DNA of 64,000 nucleotides, from NCBI RefSeq assembly GCF_036365525.1, contig NC_090395.1:65807326-65871325 (forward strand), given 5' to 3'. Shown here one piece after another: positions 51,290-63,034 of the stretch. Position 1 is the stretch's first letter. Each line of letters opens with the position of its first letter. A program made the position numbers and the translations under genes. The DNA is from Heterodontus francisci. Taxonomy: Eukaryota. The notes under the pieces are model-generated. The model did not search any database, was not told the DNA's origin, and saw only the letters and a program-made list of their open reading frames with translations.

Positions 51290-51881
51290 ATGTGAGGGGA
51301 GAAGCCGCCTTGGCCCTCCGTCAGATCCCCCCTTGAAATTCCACAGTAGCGGCCAATTAACTGCCCACTCTCCGGGACGTTATCCATTTAAAGCATGAGG
51401 TCCCACCTCCAGAGTTGCCGGCCAATCAGAAGGCCGGTATTGCAGTAGGCCTGCAATGCCAAGTAAGGAGGAGACCCTGGGACACAGGTAACTGTGTCAG
51501 GCAGGCCCCGGTGACGGGGTGGAAGGGAAAGATTGGTGAGAGTGGCGGGGGGAGTTGCTGGGTGCCCTCTGGGGGCCATGGATAGCCCCCTAAGGAGGGA
51601 CCCCCCCCCAATTCATTAGGAGACTGCTAGGTTTTACCTGATGGCGTCTCCACACAGCGGCAGGGCACTCCATCTTCCATGAAATTGGAGCGGAGGCAGG
51701 AAGATGCCCTTAAGTCCCACTTAAGGGCCTCAATTGGCCTGGAGTGGGACCTCTGCCCCAGTCAAAATGCCAGGGGGCCAGGACGACGTTGGGCACAGCA
51801 CACCTTGCCATTTTATGAGCCCCCCATGCCTCCCCACCCCTGGTCTCCGTTCCCATCTTCAAGGGCAGAATAAAATCCTGC
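51290..51881. mobile_element. Harbinger-type MITE
   Basis: Shares GGAGGCAGGAAGA.GCCCTTAAGT...CACTTAAGGGCCTCAA and terminal CAGAATAAAAT with the 54971-55611 MITE. Confidence 0.6.
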
Positions 51882-53149
51882 ACCACTATTCTCAGCCATT
51901 CAGATGATTGGATAATTTCCCCTTCAATCATATCTGGAGACCATACTGCTGTAGGTGACTGGAATTGATTATATGCACATAATAACTATCTTGCAGACTG
52001 CATTTTGCTGGGGAGTTTGCATTAGTTTAGGTCATGAATTTTGTTTCCCCTAGTTCGTAGAGACTCTTTTTAAGTAGACTCTGTAGACTGTTTGCTATTC
52101 TGCTCTGTTCAAACAGACCCCGCTGAGTGAAGAGATTTTGTTTGCTGTCATAGCCCTGCCACCAACTCACAATAGACACTCTAAGAGGGCCCGATTTTAA
52201 CTCTGTATAAGTAAATGCAATTTGATTGAGTTAAAATCAGATGGTCTGATTTCTTCCTGTGATAAATTGTTTGGTCTCCCACTGATGCCACAAAAGAACA
52301 GAAGCTCCTTTTCAGGGTAGAATTGATCAGTCTTTGGGCTGAATCTTGTGGTCATACAAAATGGCAGCCGGAGCACACGGGCCTGGTGCCGCCACGCCGT
52401 CGCGATCTTGAGCCCAGCAGCTCATTATCATATGTAGGGTGGCTACCACCAACCTCCCCCAATCACGTGGCGGGGGCAGCCTCGGTGACGCCGTGAATGG
52501 CGTCAACCGTTTCTGCGCAGGTGCTGGCGCCATATTTAAAGGGCTGCCAGTCCTGTGAAGAAACTGCAGAGTTGCCCCGTTCCTCCCCCAACTACACAAT
52601 AAATGCAGAGTTCAACCACCTTGATGGGGCCAGCTTTCCCTGGACGGGAAAGTGAAAGCGCTTGAGTGCCGCATGTGGTTCTGAAGATGCGAAACTGCAG
52701 GTAAGATTGCTCCAGTTTTCATTTTAATTCATGCAAACGTGTAATTTAAATATGTAACGTCATGTCCCGTCGCAGAGCGATGGAGTGCCCACCATGGAGC
52801 TTCCCCGCCACTGGGAAGATTGGGCACGGCAATCCTGGCGTCAGGTTCCATGGTGGGCCGCTGCCGCTCCGATCTTCCACATCACCGCACCCCCACCCCG
52901 ACCCTACCACAGACCCAACGTCAGGAGGAGAACAAGTTCCCAGCCTTTGTGTGGAAAAACCCTAAGCACACAGTGGGGGAAAGGGCAGGGAGTTAATTTT
53001 CACCTTCACATCTTGGTCGGTAATCTGACAGAGCACTAAGATGAGCTCAAGTAAATTCTACAAAAGGCAGGTGATCAGCTCTGGAAGATAGTGAGGATGA
53101 AGTTTACTTCCATTTTTCCTGAACTTTTTTGCCAAATAACTAGAGGAAG

Positions 53150-54965
53150 ATGATGTAGTGGCAATAATGGAAACGTGGCTTAAAAATGGTGAGGACTGGG
53201 CACTTAGTATTCAAGGATGCAAAGGGTTCAGTAAAGACAGGGAAGGAAAAAAGGGAGTTGAGTGACAATATTGATTAGGGAAGACATTGTAGTGTTGCAA
53301 AGAGAGGATGTCCTTGAGGCATAAAGTACAGAGTCCATTTGGTTAGAGTTGAGAAGCGAAAAGGATATTTTATTTAGAGATACAGCAATGAAACAGGCCC
53401 TTTGGCCCACCAAGTCTGTGCCGACCAAGAGCCACCCATTTATACTAACCCTACAGTAATCCCATATTCCCTACCACCTACCTACACTAGGGGCAATTTA
53501 CAATGGCCAATTTACCCCCTATCACCTGCAAGTCTTTGGCGGTGGGAGGAAACCGGAGCACCCGGAGAAAACCCATGCGGTCACAGGGAGAACTTGCAAA
53601 CTCCACACAGGCAGTGCCCAGAATTGAACCCAGGTCCCTGGAGCTGTGAGGCTGCGGTGCTAACCACTGTGCCACTGTGCCACCCTGATCACGCTACTGG
53701 GGGTAACATTGCTTTTTTGATATACATAAATGATGTGAATATTGGAATTTCAAAATATGCCAATGATTCCAAACTTGGAGGTGTGGCAGACAGTGAGGAT
53801 CATATAAATCAATTGCAATAGGACATAAATAGGCTTGCAGAATGGGCAGATAAGTGGCAGATGGAATTTAATACAGACAAGTGTGAGGTGATGCATTTTG
53901 GCAGAAGGGATAGGCAGAGGCAATATAAACTAATGGCACCATTCTAAAGAGTGTGCAGGGACAGAGGGACCTTAGGGTGCATGCACATAGATCTTTGAAG
54001 GTGGCAGGACATATTGAGAGAGTGGTGAGCAAAGCATATGGGATCTTGGACTTCATAAATAGATGTATTGAGTACAAAAGCAGGGAAGTTATGCTGAACC
54101 TTTATAAAGCTCTGGTTAGGCTGCAACTAGAGTATTGTGTCCAGAATCGTTACAGCACAGAAGAATGGTCACCACACTTTAGGAAGGATGTGAGGTCCTT
54201 GAGAGGGTGCAGAGGAGATTTAGCAGAATGGTTCCAGGGATGAGGTATTTTAGCTACAGAGCTCGGATTGTTCTCTTTGTAGCAAAGGAGGTTGAGGGGA
54301 GATTTGATAGAGTAATAGCACTGAAACAGGCCCTTTGGCCCACCAAGTCTGTGCCGACCAACAACCACTCATTTATACTAATCCTACATTAACCCCATAT
54401 TCTCTATCACATCCCCACCATTCTCCTACCACCTACCTACACTAGCAGCAATTTACAATGGCCAATTTACCTATCAACCTGCAAGTCTTTGGCTGTGGGA
54501 GGAAACCAGAGCACCTAGCAGAAATCCACGCAGTCACAGGGAGAACTTGCAAACTCCGCACAGGCAGTACCCAGAATCGAACCCAGGTCGCTGGAGCTGT
54601 AAGGCTGCGGTGCTAAGCACTGCGCCACTGTGCTGCCCAAAGTTAAGCTAGACAAAAAAGCTGTTCCCATTAGCTAATGGTACAAGGATGAGGGGGCACA
54701 GATTTAAGGTTTGGGGCAAGAGATGCAGGGATGATATGAGGAAGAACTTTTTTACACAGTAAGTGGTAATGACCTGAAACTTGCTGCCCACAAGGGCGGT
54801 GGAAGCAGAGACAATGAATAATTTCAAAAGGAAATTGGATGGGTAATGAAGGCACTGAACCTGCAGGGCTAGGGGATAGAGCGGGAGAATAGAACTGTGG
54901 ATTGCTCTATAGAGAGCTGGCATGGATTCAATGGGCCGAACGACCTCCTTCTGTGCCGTAATGAC
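53150..54965 (+). mobile_element. Internally deleted CR1 with two HE1 SINE insertions (53367-53684 and 54313-54639, both minus strand)
   Basis: EN fragment (METWL..., ESIWLEL) joined to ISKYANDSKLGG and SLKVAGHIERVVSKAYG; both SINEs match the 21036 copy. Confidence 0.8.
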
Positions 54966-54970
54966 GCTAT

Positions 54971-55611
54971 AGGCCGGATTTTATTCTGGCAATGGAGTTC
55001 CCGGTGGTGGCCGGAAGGTGGATGAGACCTGACCTCGGCCCTCCTTCGGACACACCATTGTTATTTAACAGCAGGCAGTCAATTAACTGCCCACTGTTAG
55101 GGTGCCATCCCTTTAAGAAACGAGCTCCCGCCTCCAGAGCTGCTGGCCCATAGGAAGCCCGGAAACTCTGCAGTATCGAGGAATGGAGGCAACCCCGGCA
55201 GAAGTGAGTGGGGTTGGGGTCACCTGAGTCTTTCAGTCAGGCCCTGACGACAGGGTTGGAAGAGGGAGGTTGTTGTTGGGGGTGGGTCTTCCCAAAGTGG
55301 GGTGATCATTGGCGCCGGGGCGGCCACCCGGCGGTGCTGAACTGCCCCCAAAGGAGGGACTCCTCCCCACGGATCCTGCTAGGAGGCCACCAGGGTTTAC
55401 CTGGCTGCGTCTCCACTTGGTGGCAGGCCCCTCCGCGTTCAATAAAATTGAGGTGGAGGCAGGAAGAGGCCCTTAAGTGGCCATTAATGGACCACTTAAG
55501 GGCCTCAACTGGTCTGGGTGGGAAGGCCCCCGCCATTTTGTTTGCCACCCACCCCCCCCCCACCCCCTCCACCTCCATGCCCATCTCCAAGGACAGAATA
55601 AAATTCTGGCC
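54971..55611. mobile_element. Harbinger-type MITE
   Basis: TIRs AGGCCGGATTTTATTCTG / CAGAATAAAATTCTGGCC with a TAT duplication on both sides. Confidence 0.8.
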
Positions 55612-55808
55612 TATGACTCATAGATTCATAGAGTCATACAACACAGAAACAGGCCCTTCGGCCCACCGTGTCTGTGTCGGCCATCAAGCACCTATCTATT
55701 CTAGTCCCATTTTCCAGCACTTGGCCCGTAGCCTTGTATGCTATGGCGTTACAAGTGCTCATCTAAATACACAATTTATTGTTCTATGTAGGGAACCTAT
55801 GACATGAA

Positions 55809-57062
55809 CAAGTTCCATGACAATATGAAAGGCACAATTCAGCATAGCGGTGCCTCATCAGACCCCTTTCCTATCCTGAGTGGCGTGAAACAGGGTTGTG
55901 TTCTCGCACCTACACTGTTTGGGATCTTCTTCTCCCTGTTGCTCTCACATGCGTTCAAGTCTTCAGAAGAAGGAATTTTCCTCCACACAAAATCAGATGG
56001 CAGGTTGTTCAACCTTGCCCATCTTAGAGCGAAAACCAAAGTACGAAAAGTGCTCATCAGGGAACTCCTCTTTGCTGACAATGCTGCATTAGTATCCCAT
56101 ACAGAAGAGTGTTTGCAGAGACTCATCGACAGGATTGCGACTGCCTGCAACAAATTTGGCCTAACCATCAGCCTCAAGAAAACGAACATCATGGGACAGG
56201 ATGTCAGAAATGCTCCATCCATCAATATCGGTGACCACGCTCTGGAAGTGGTTCAAGAGTTCACCTACCTAGACTCAACTATCACCAGTAACCTGTCTCT
56301 CGATGCAGAAATCAACAAGCGCATGGGAAAGGCATCCGCTGCTATGTCCAGGCTGGCCAACAGGGTGTGGGAAAATGGCGCACTGACACGGAACACAAAG
56401 GTCCGAGTGTATCAAGCCTGTGTCCTCAGTACCTTGCTCTATGGCAGCAATGCCAAGACAACGTATGTCAGCCAAGAGCAACGTCTCAACTCATTCCATC
56501 TTCGCTGTCTCCGGAGAATCCTTGGCATCAGGTGGCAGGACCGTATCTCCAACACAGAAGTCCTCGAGGTAACCAACATCCCCAGCATATACACCCTACT
56601 GAGCCAGCGGCGCTTGAGATGGCTTGACCATGTGAGCCGCGTGGAAGATGGCAGGATCCCCAAGGACGCATTGTACAGCGAGCTCGTCACTAGCATCAGA
56701 CCCACCGTCCATCCATGTCTCCGCTTTAAAGACGTCTGCAAATGCGATGTGAAGTCCTGTGACATTGAACACAAGTCATAGGAGTCAGTTGCCAGTGATC
56801 GTCAGAGCTGCCGGACAGCCATAAAGGCGGGGCTAAAGAGTGGTGAGTCGAAGAGACTTAGCTGTTGGCAGGAAAAAAGACGGAAGTGCAAGGAGAGAGC
56901 CAACTGTGTAACAGCCCCAACAACCAATTTTATCTGCAGCACCTGTGGAAGAGTCTGTCAGTCTAGAATTGGCCTTTATAGCCACTCCAGCGCTGCTCCA
57001 CAAACCACTGAGCACTTTAGGTGCTTACCCATTGTCTCTCAAAACAAGGAGGCCAAAGAAAG
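55809..57062 (+). mobile_element. RTE LINE, 5'-truncated, with a premature stop
   Basis: ORF 55804-56781 (GVKQGCVLAP, LLFADN); degenerate TSD ATGTAGGGAA..TATGA at 55786 and 57063. Confidence 0.92.
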
Positions 57063-57218
57063 ATGTAGGGAAATTATGATTGCAATATTGTTGAGGTTCA
57101 CATGAATGTAGATCAATGTAAGGTTATGAACACAGCAACACATGTTTAGTTTGGACATTTTAAACTTATTAACCATTCCTCTTACAGTTCTTTCAACAGT
57201 AACATTGTAATTTTTCAG

Positions 57219-57271
57219 GTACAAACTACATTATACGTCATCGAAAAGGAAAGACTGTAAATGAGAATCAG
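57219..57271 (+). CDS. Gene B exon 6: membrane-proximal cytoplasmic segment (phase 1-0, 53 nt)
   Basis: taatttttcag|GT ACA AAC...AAT CAG|gtaagg reads (G)TNYIIRHRKGKTVNENQ; its phases bridge the TM exon and the ITIM exon exactly. Confidence 0.8.
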
Positions 57272-57799
57272 GTAAGGACATCCAGTATGAATTCTCTAAC
57301 TATTGTATGGAAATTGGCAAAACTGGATGACATAGATTTACATCAAATTTACAGCACAGAAATAGGCCATTCAGCCCAACTGGTTACGCTAGTGTTAATG
57401 CTTCACATGAGCCTCCTCCTACCCCTCTTCATCTAACTCTGTTAATGTATCCTTCTATTCCTTTCTCCCTTGTATGCTTAACTCCCTTTCCCTGAAATGC
57501 AAGTATGCTATTTAACTCAACCAATCCTTAAGAAAGGAATAAGGAATTCAGGAGCAACCTCTTTACCTCCAGAGTGCTCAGAATGTAGAACTCTACCAGA
57601 GGGTGAATATGATAAATCCATTCAAGGGGAAGCTGGATAAGCACATGAGGGAGTAAGAAGTAGAAGGATATGCTGGTGAGGTTAGATGAAGAGGGGTGAG
57701 AAGAGGTTGGTGAAGAGAATAACACCGGCACGGACCCATTGGGCTGAACTGCCTGTTTTTGTGCTGTAAATATATATTTTAATATATTCCCTCCATCAT

Positions 57800-59410
57800 A
57801 GGGTCAGAAGTGGGGATGTTCGCTAATGATTGCACAGTGTTCAGTACCATTTGCAACTACTCAGATAGTGACGCAGTCCGTGTCCACATTCAGCAAGACC
57901 TGGATCATTTTGTGGCAGAGTTGCTACTTTTATCTCTAACAATTGCGTAGTTTTAGTTCTTTTTCCAGATCTTTTTCCAGATATGTATTTCAACATTGGG
58001 CTGATAAGTGACAAGGAACATTCGTGCCACAAAAGTGCCAAGCAATGACCAACAAGAGAAAATCTAACCATCTTCCCTTGGCATTCTTCTTCTTCTTCTT
58101 CTTTGGGCCTCCATATCTCGGCAAAGTGGCGCAGTGGTTAGCACCGCAGCCTCACAGCTCCAGGGACCCGGGTTCGATTCCGGGTACTGCCTGTGTGGAG
58201 TTTGCAAGTTCTCCCTGTGTCTGCGTGGGTTTTCTCCGGGTGCTCCGGTTTCCTCCCACAAGCCAAAAGACTTGCAGGTTGATAGGTAAATTGGCCATTA
58301 TAAATTGTCACTAGTATAGGTAGGTGGTAGGGAAATATAGGAATAGGTGGGGATGTTTGGTAGGAATAGGTGGGGATGTTTGGTAGGAATATGGGATCGG
58401 TGTAGGATTAGTATAAATGGGTGGTTGATGTTCGGCACAGACTCGGAGGGCCGAAGGGCCTGTTTCAGTGCTGTATCTCTAATCTAATCTAATCTCGAGA
58501 GACAATGGATATGCGCCTGGAGGTGGTCAGTGGTTTGTGAAGCAGCGCCTGGAGTGGCTATAAAGGCCAATTCCGGAGTGACAGGCTCTTCCACAGGTGC
58601 TGCAGCCAGTGAGGTGCAATGACCTCTCCCACCGACAAAGGCAACCCGTGGCGCCCAGTTTCTACGCCAATTTATCTGGACTTATAACCCGTAACTGCTG
58701 CCTTCCGTGTTGTTTTAGTCGCTGTGAGGCAAATTACCATTGCTAAATCCCCACTATCAACATCCTGGGAGTTACCATTGACCAGAAACTTATAAATATA
58801 AATGCTGTGGCTACAACAGCAGGTCAGAGGTTGGGAATTCTGTGGTGAGTGACCCAACTCCTGACGCCCCAAAGTTTTCCCACCATTTACAAGGCAGAAG
58901 TCAGGAGTGTGATGGAATACTCTCCACTTGCCTAGATGGGTGCAACTCCAACAATACTCATGAAGCTCAATACCATCCTGGACAAAGCAGCCCGCATGAT
59001 CAGCACCCCATCTACCACCTTAAACATTCAAACCCCCCACCACCACTTGCATACTGTGGCAGCAGTGTGTACCATCGACAAAATGCACGCCCCACGCCTC
59101 CTTCGACAGCATCTTCCAAACCCGTGATCTCTTCTACCTAGAAGGCCAAGGGCAGCAGATGCATGCGAACACCACCACCTGCAAGTTCCCCTCCAAGTCA
59201 CACACCATCCTGACTTGGAACTATATCACTGATCCTTTACTGTCACTGGGTCAAAAACCTGGAACTCCCTTCCTAATAGCACTGTGGGTGTACATACACT
59301 AGATGGACTGCAGCAGTTCAAGAACGCGGCTCATCACCACCTTCTCAAGTGCAATTATGGATGGACAACAAATGCTGGCCTTTCCAGCTACACTCCCAAC
59401 CCATGAAAGA
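57800..59410 (+). mobile_element. Family-B LINE 3' fragment containing an RTE fragment (58085-58605, -), which contains an HE1 SINE (58120-58495, +)
   Basis: The LINE is interrupted after ...CTTCCCTTGGCATTC; the RTE tail is split at ATCTCG with ATCTCG on both sides of the SINE. Confidence 0.85.
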
Positions 59411-59595
59411 ATTTTTTAAAAAACTTTGTAATTCTTTGTAAACTGATTTGCAATAATCAGGAATTCGATTTCTCTTCATAACAGCACAAATCACCATACA
59501 GGTTAATCAGAATAAAATTGGATCATACATTTTTTTATTTTAGTAATTTGCAAACAAGTTGATCAGAAAAAAATTGGATTTTTTTTTTATTTTAG

Positions 59596-59910
59596 CAATT
59601 GGCAACAGTAGAAGAGAGCGCTGTATATGCAAATATTAACCACATTCCAAGTGGCTCAGCAGAAACACATAGCGAGGGAGCTGCCAAGTTGAATAATGAA
59701 AACGGAATCACATATGCAGCATTGCAGTTTCAAAAGAAATCGTCAGCACGGAGCGGTGAGGTGGCAAAGTGTTCAGTTAACAACGAGGACAGTGTCATCT
59801 ACAGTGGTCTCAACATTCTAAGCCAGTCCCCAAAGAACAATCGAGAAACGCCATCAGTTGATACACCACAGGACACTCAAATGGCAATTTATGCTACCGT
59901 TACTCGTTAG
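59596..59910 (+). CDS. Gene B exon 7: cytoplasmic tail with ITIMs and stop codon
   Basis: tttttattttag|CAA TTG GCA...; AVYANI, ITYAAL, VIYSGL, AIYATV*. The seven exons sum to 1254 nt, one open frame of 417 aa. Confidence 0.92.
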   Translation, partial: QLATVEESAVYANINHIPSGSAETHSEGAAKLNNENGITYAALQFQKKSSARSGEVAKCSVNNEDSVIYSGLNILSQSPKNNRETPSVDTPQDTQMAIYATVTR

Positions 59911-60391
59911 GAAAACTATTCATGTGATAGATGTGTTGTCTATTGTTCCATTTTACTTTGCATTTTAGTCGCATTGAATTGCATCTGCCATGAACTGTCC
60001 ACAAGTTGTTCCTTCCAATTCCACTGTTCCTTCCAGTTTGGTATCAATCAATTTACGTTGAGTTTCTGAGTCAGGTCATTTATGTCAATGAGAAATAGTA
60101 GTGGTCCCAATACTGAGCCTTGTGGCATCCCACTCAGTACCCGTTCCCCCAAATACTCAGCCCACCATAACATAATGGTTCTCAGGGGTCAGCTTTGGCT
60201 TAGCTTCAAACGCTTGTCTCTAGGTCAGGAAGTCATAGGTTCAAGCCCCACAACAGTGACAGAAGAACATCCAGGGACAGAAAATATAATTAAGAGTAGT
60301 AAACATGTAACCCAAAAGACTAATCATTCTTAAATAATCTGATTGATTTTTTTCCAGAGAGAATAGATAAGGGAATTGTAGTAGACGTTAT

Positions 60392-60977
60392 CTTGTTCTT
60401 GTTCTTTGGCCTCCTTGTCTCGAGAGACAATGGGTAAGTGCCTAGCGGTGGTCAGTGGTTTGTGGAGCAGCGCCTGGAGTGGCTATAAAGGCCAGGTTAC
60501 TGGTGATAGTTGAGCCTAGGTAGGTGAACTCTTGAACCACTTCCAGAGCGTGGTCGCCGATATTGATGGATGGAGCATTTCTGACATCCTGTCCCATGAT
60601 GTTCGTTTTCTTGAGGCTGATGGTTAGGCCAAATTTGTTGCAGGCAGTCGCAATCCTGTTGATGAGTCTCTGCAGACACTCTTCTGTGTGGGATGTTAAT
60701 GCAGCATTGTCAGCAAAGAGGAGTTCCCTGATGAGGACTTTCCGTGGTCTTCGCTCTAAGATGGGCAAGGTTGAACAACCTGCCATCTGATCTTGTGCAG
60801 AGGAAAATTCCTTCTTCTGAAGACTTGAACGCATGTGAGAGCAGCTGTGAGAAGAAGATCCCAAACAGTGTAGGTGCGAGAACACAGCCCTGTTTCACGC
60901 CACTCAGGATAGGAAAGGGGTCTGATGAGGCACCGCTATGCTGAATTGTGCCTTTCATATTGTCATGGAATGAGGTG
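60392..60977 (-). mobile_element. RTE LINE with an internal deletion, in the Gene B 3' region
   Basis: GVKQGCVLAP...FTYLGSTITSNL is joined directly to the 3' end (junction at about 60494), skipping about 0.7 kb relative to the 55809 copy. Confidence 0.85.
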
Positions 60978-61619
60978 TTATACAATTAGATAATTAGATT
61001 TGAAAGACAGTCGGCGCATAACAAAGGTTAGGACATGTGGAGTCTGGGGACAAATAGCTGAAGGGATGTGGAGAGAATGTTTCCATTTGTGGGAGAATGC
61101 AAAACTAGGGATCATAAATACAGGATATTTATGAATAAATCCAACAGGGAAATAAGGAGGAATTTCTTTATTCAGAAAATGATTAGAATATAGCTACCAC
61201 AGGAAGTGATTGAGGCAAATAGCTAAGATGCTTACAAATGGAAACTAGAGAAGTACATGAGAGAAAAGAGAATAGAAAGATATGTTGAAAGGCTCTAATC
61301 AGGTAGACAGAATGGAAGGAGTATATATGTAGTATATACAACATCGACTAGTTGGACTGAATGACCATGCTCTGTGCTGTATATGCCTTGTAATTCTATG
61401 TAAATTCTTGCCAGTGTTTTTAAATTAGTGCAGCTTTATTCATTGTTGTTAAAAAGTTATTTTCTCAACAAAAAAAAATGCAGCCTGCTTCAGTCCTAAA
61501 TTTCCACTGAGCCATTTTGAATGAATGTACCATTAAAGTATTTATATGTTAAAAATTGAAACTGATATTTTACTGTGATATCTATATATTCGCTCATATT
61601 GATACAAAGCATATTATAC

Positions 61620-61657
61620 AATAAATCTTACAAACATAAATAAAATGCAGTAATAAA
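61620..61657 (+). terminator. Candidate polyadenylation signal cluster for Gene B
   Basis: AATAAA at 61620, 61639 and 61652 in an AT-rich non-repeat block. Confidence 0.45.
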
Positions 61658-62399
61658 AATATGCATAACCACATCAGTGTCAAAGTAAATATCATTTAGA
61701 ACATATGTAACACTACATTAACAATTAAAACTTGTATTTCTTTCATGCCTTTGTGGTGTCTAGAATTGAACACAATACACCAGTGGAGGCCTAACTGGCA
61801 TTTTATAAAAGTTAAGCGTAACGCCTTTACTTTTGTACACTATTCCTCTTTTAGTCAAGCAAAGGATCCCATTTTTTCACAACAGCCTCCTCAACTTGAC
61901 CTGCCCCCTTCAAATATTTTTGTACATTGCGGAGATGATACAAGTGGAGGATGAACACTGTATATCATACTGCTGTGGCACTGAAAATATTTATAATTCT
62001 ATCCTGTCACAGGCTCATATTGGAATTGCACTCTTACAGAAAGGTCCTACACTATCCTTTGTAATTACAAAACACTATCCTTTGCTATTACTTCTGCACA
62101 ATTACTTTATTTTCACTCATTACCAGAATCGTTCCAAATACCACTGTGATACAATCCGATCACTGTGTTATTGGTATGTTCACAGGGGCAGCTCTCTAAT
62201 AACTGAATTGCAGTCATACAAAATCGGTCTGGCCGCATCATCCTTTCAATGGCCCCTTTGAAGGCTTGCAGGATGGCCATTATACTGCCTAATTTGTGAC
62301 ACTGCAAATTCACAACATACTACCTTGAAACACATTAAATTTCGGGTCCAGGGCCTAAGTTTTATACAGATTTCACACTATAGCCAGAAATTTATTGAT

Positions 62400-62820
62400 G
62401 CAGTGGAGGCCCTGGTGACAGGCCCGAAAGCTGGGGCAACCCCACCTCGGCCGCTAATGGGATCCCCCCAGCTGTATTTATCGGCCATCCGGCAACTAAT
62501 TATTTGCTATCAGGGCTCCTGTCCCTTTAAAGGACAGGTGCCCATCCCCAGGAAGTGCCAGCCAATCAGAGGGCCAGCAGCTCAGCAGTCTCAGCAGTGC
62601 CATCGGGAGTGGTGGCGAATGCTGGGACTGCGACTGGAGGAGAGGGCAGCAGATCGGCCTCCCAACCAGGTAAGTAGATTCTGGAGGTGGTGGTGGGGCT
62701 CGTCAGGCAGGCCCCGGGGGGGGAGGGGCAGTGGGGGAAGGGTGGGTTGGTGAGGATGAAGGTGGGGGGGAATGCCGCAGGGGCAGCCATTGCCACCGGG
62801 GGGGATCTTCCGTGAACAGT
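62400..62820. mobile_element. Harbinger-type MITE fragment
   Basis: GC-rich, with GTGCCAGCCAATCAGAGG and CCCTTTAA motifs shared with the other MITEs. Confidence 0.5.
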
Positions 62821-63034
62821 CCTTAAAACCTAACTCTTTGATCAAGCATTTGGTCGTTTTTCCTAATATCTCCTTATGTGGCTCAATTTCAATTTTATTT
62901 TGCTCACGCTCCTGGGAAGTGCCTTGGGACGTTTAACTACGTTAAAGATGCTATATAAAATCAAGTAGTTGTTGTAGTGTCCAAGCGCTTGTCTCACTGC
63001 TGCCATTAACACATATTAACACACTTTAACAGCA

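Noticed and set aside
55208-55807. 199-aa ORF
   Set aside because: Runs through a GC-rich MITE and CR1 tail sequence; no domain signal.
57219-57240. ITSM in TNYIIR
   Set aside because: Position Y+3 is Arg, so it does not match TxYxx(V/I).
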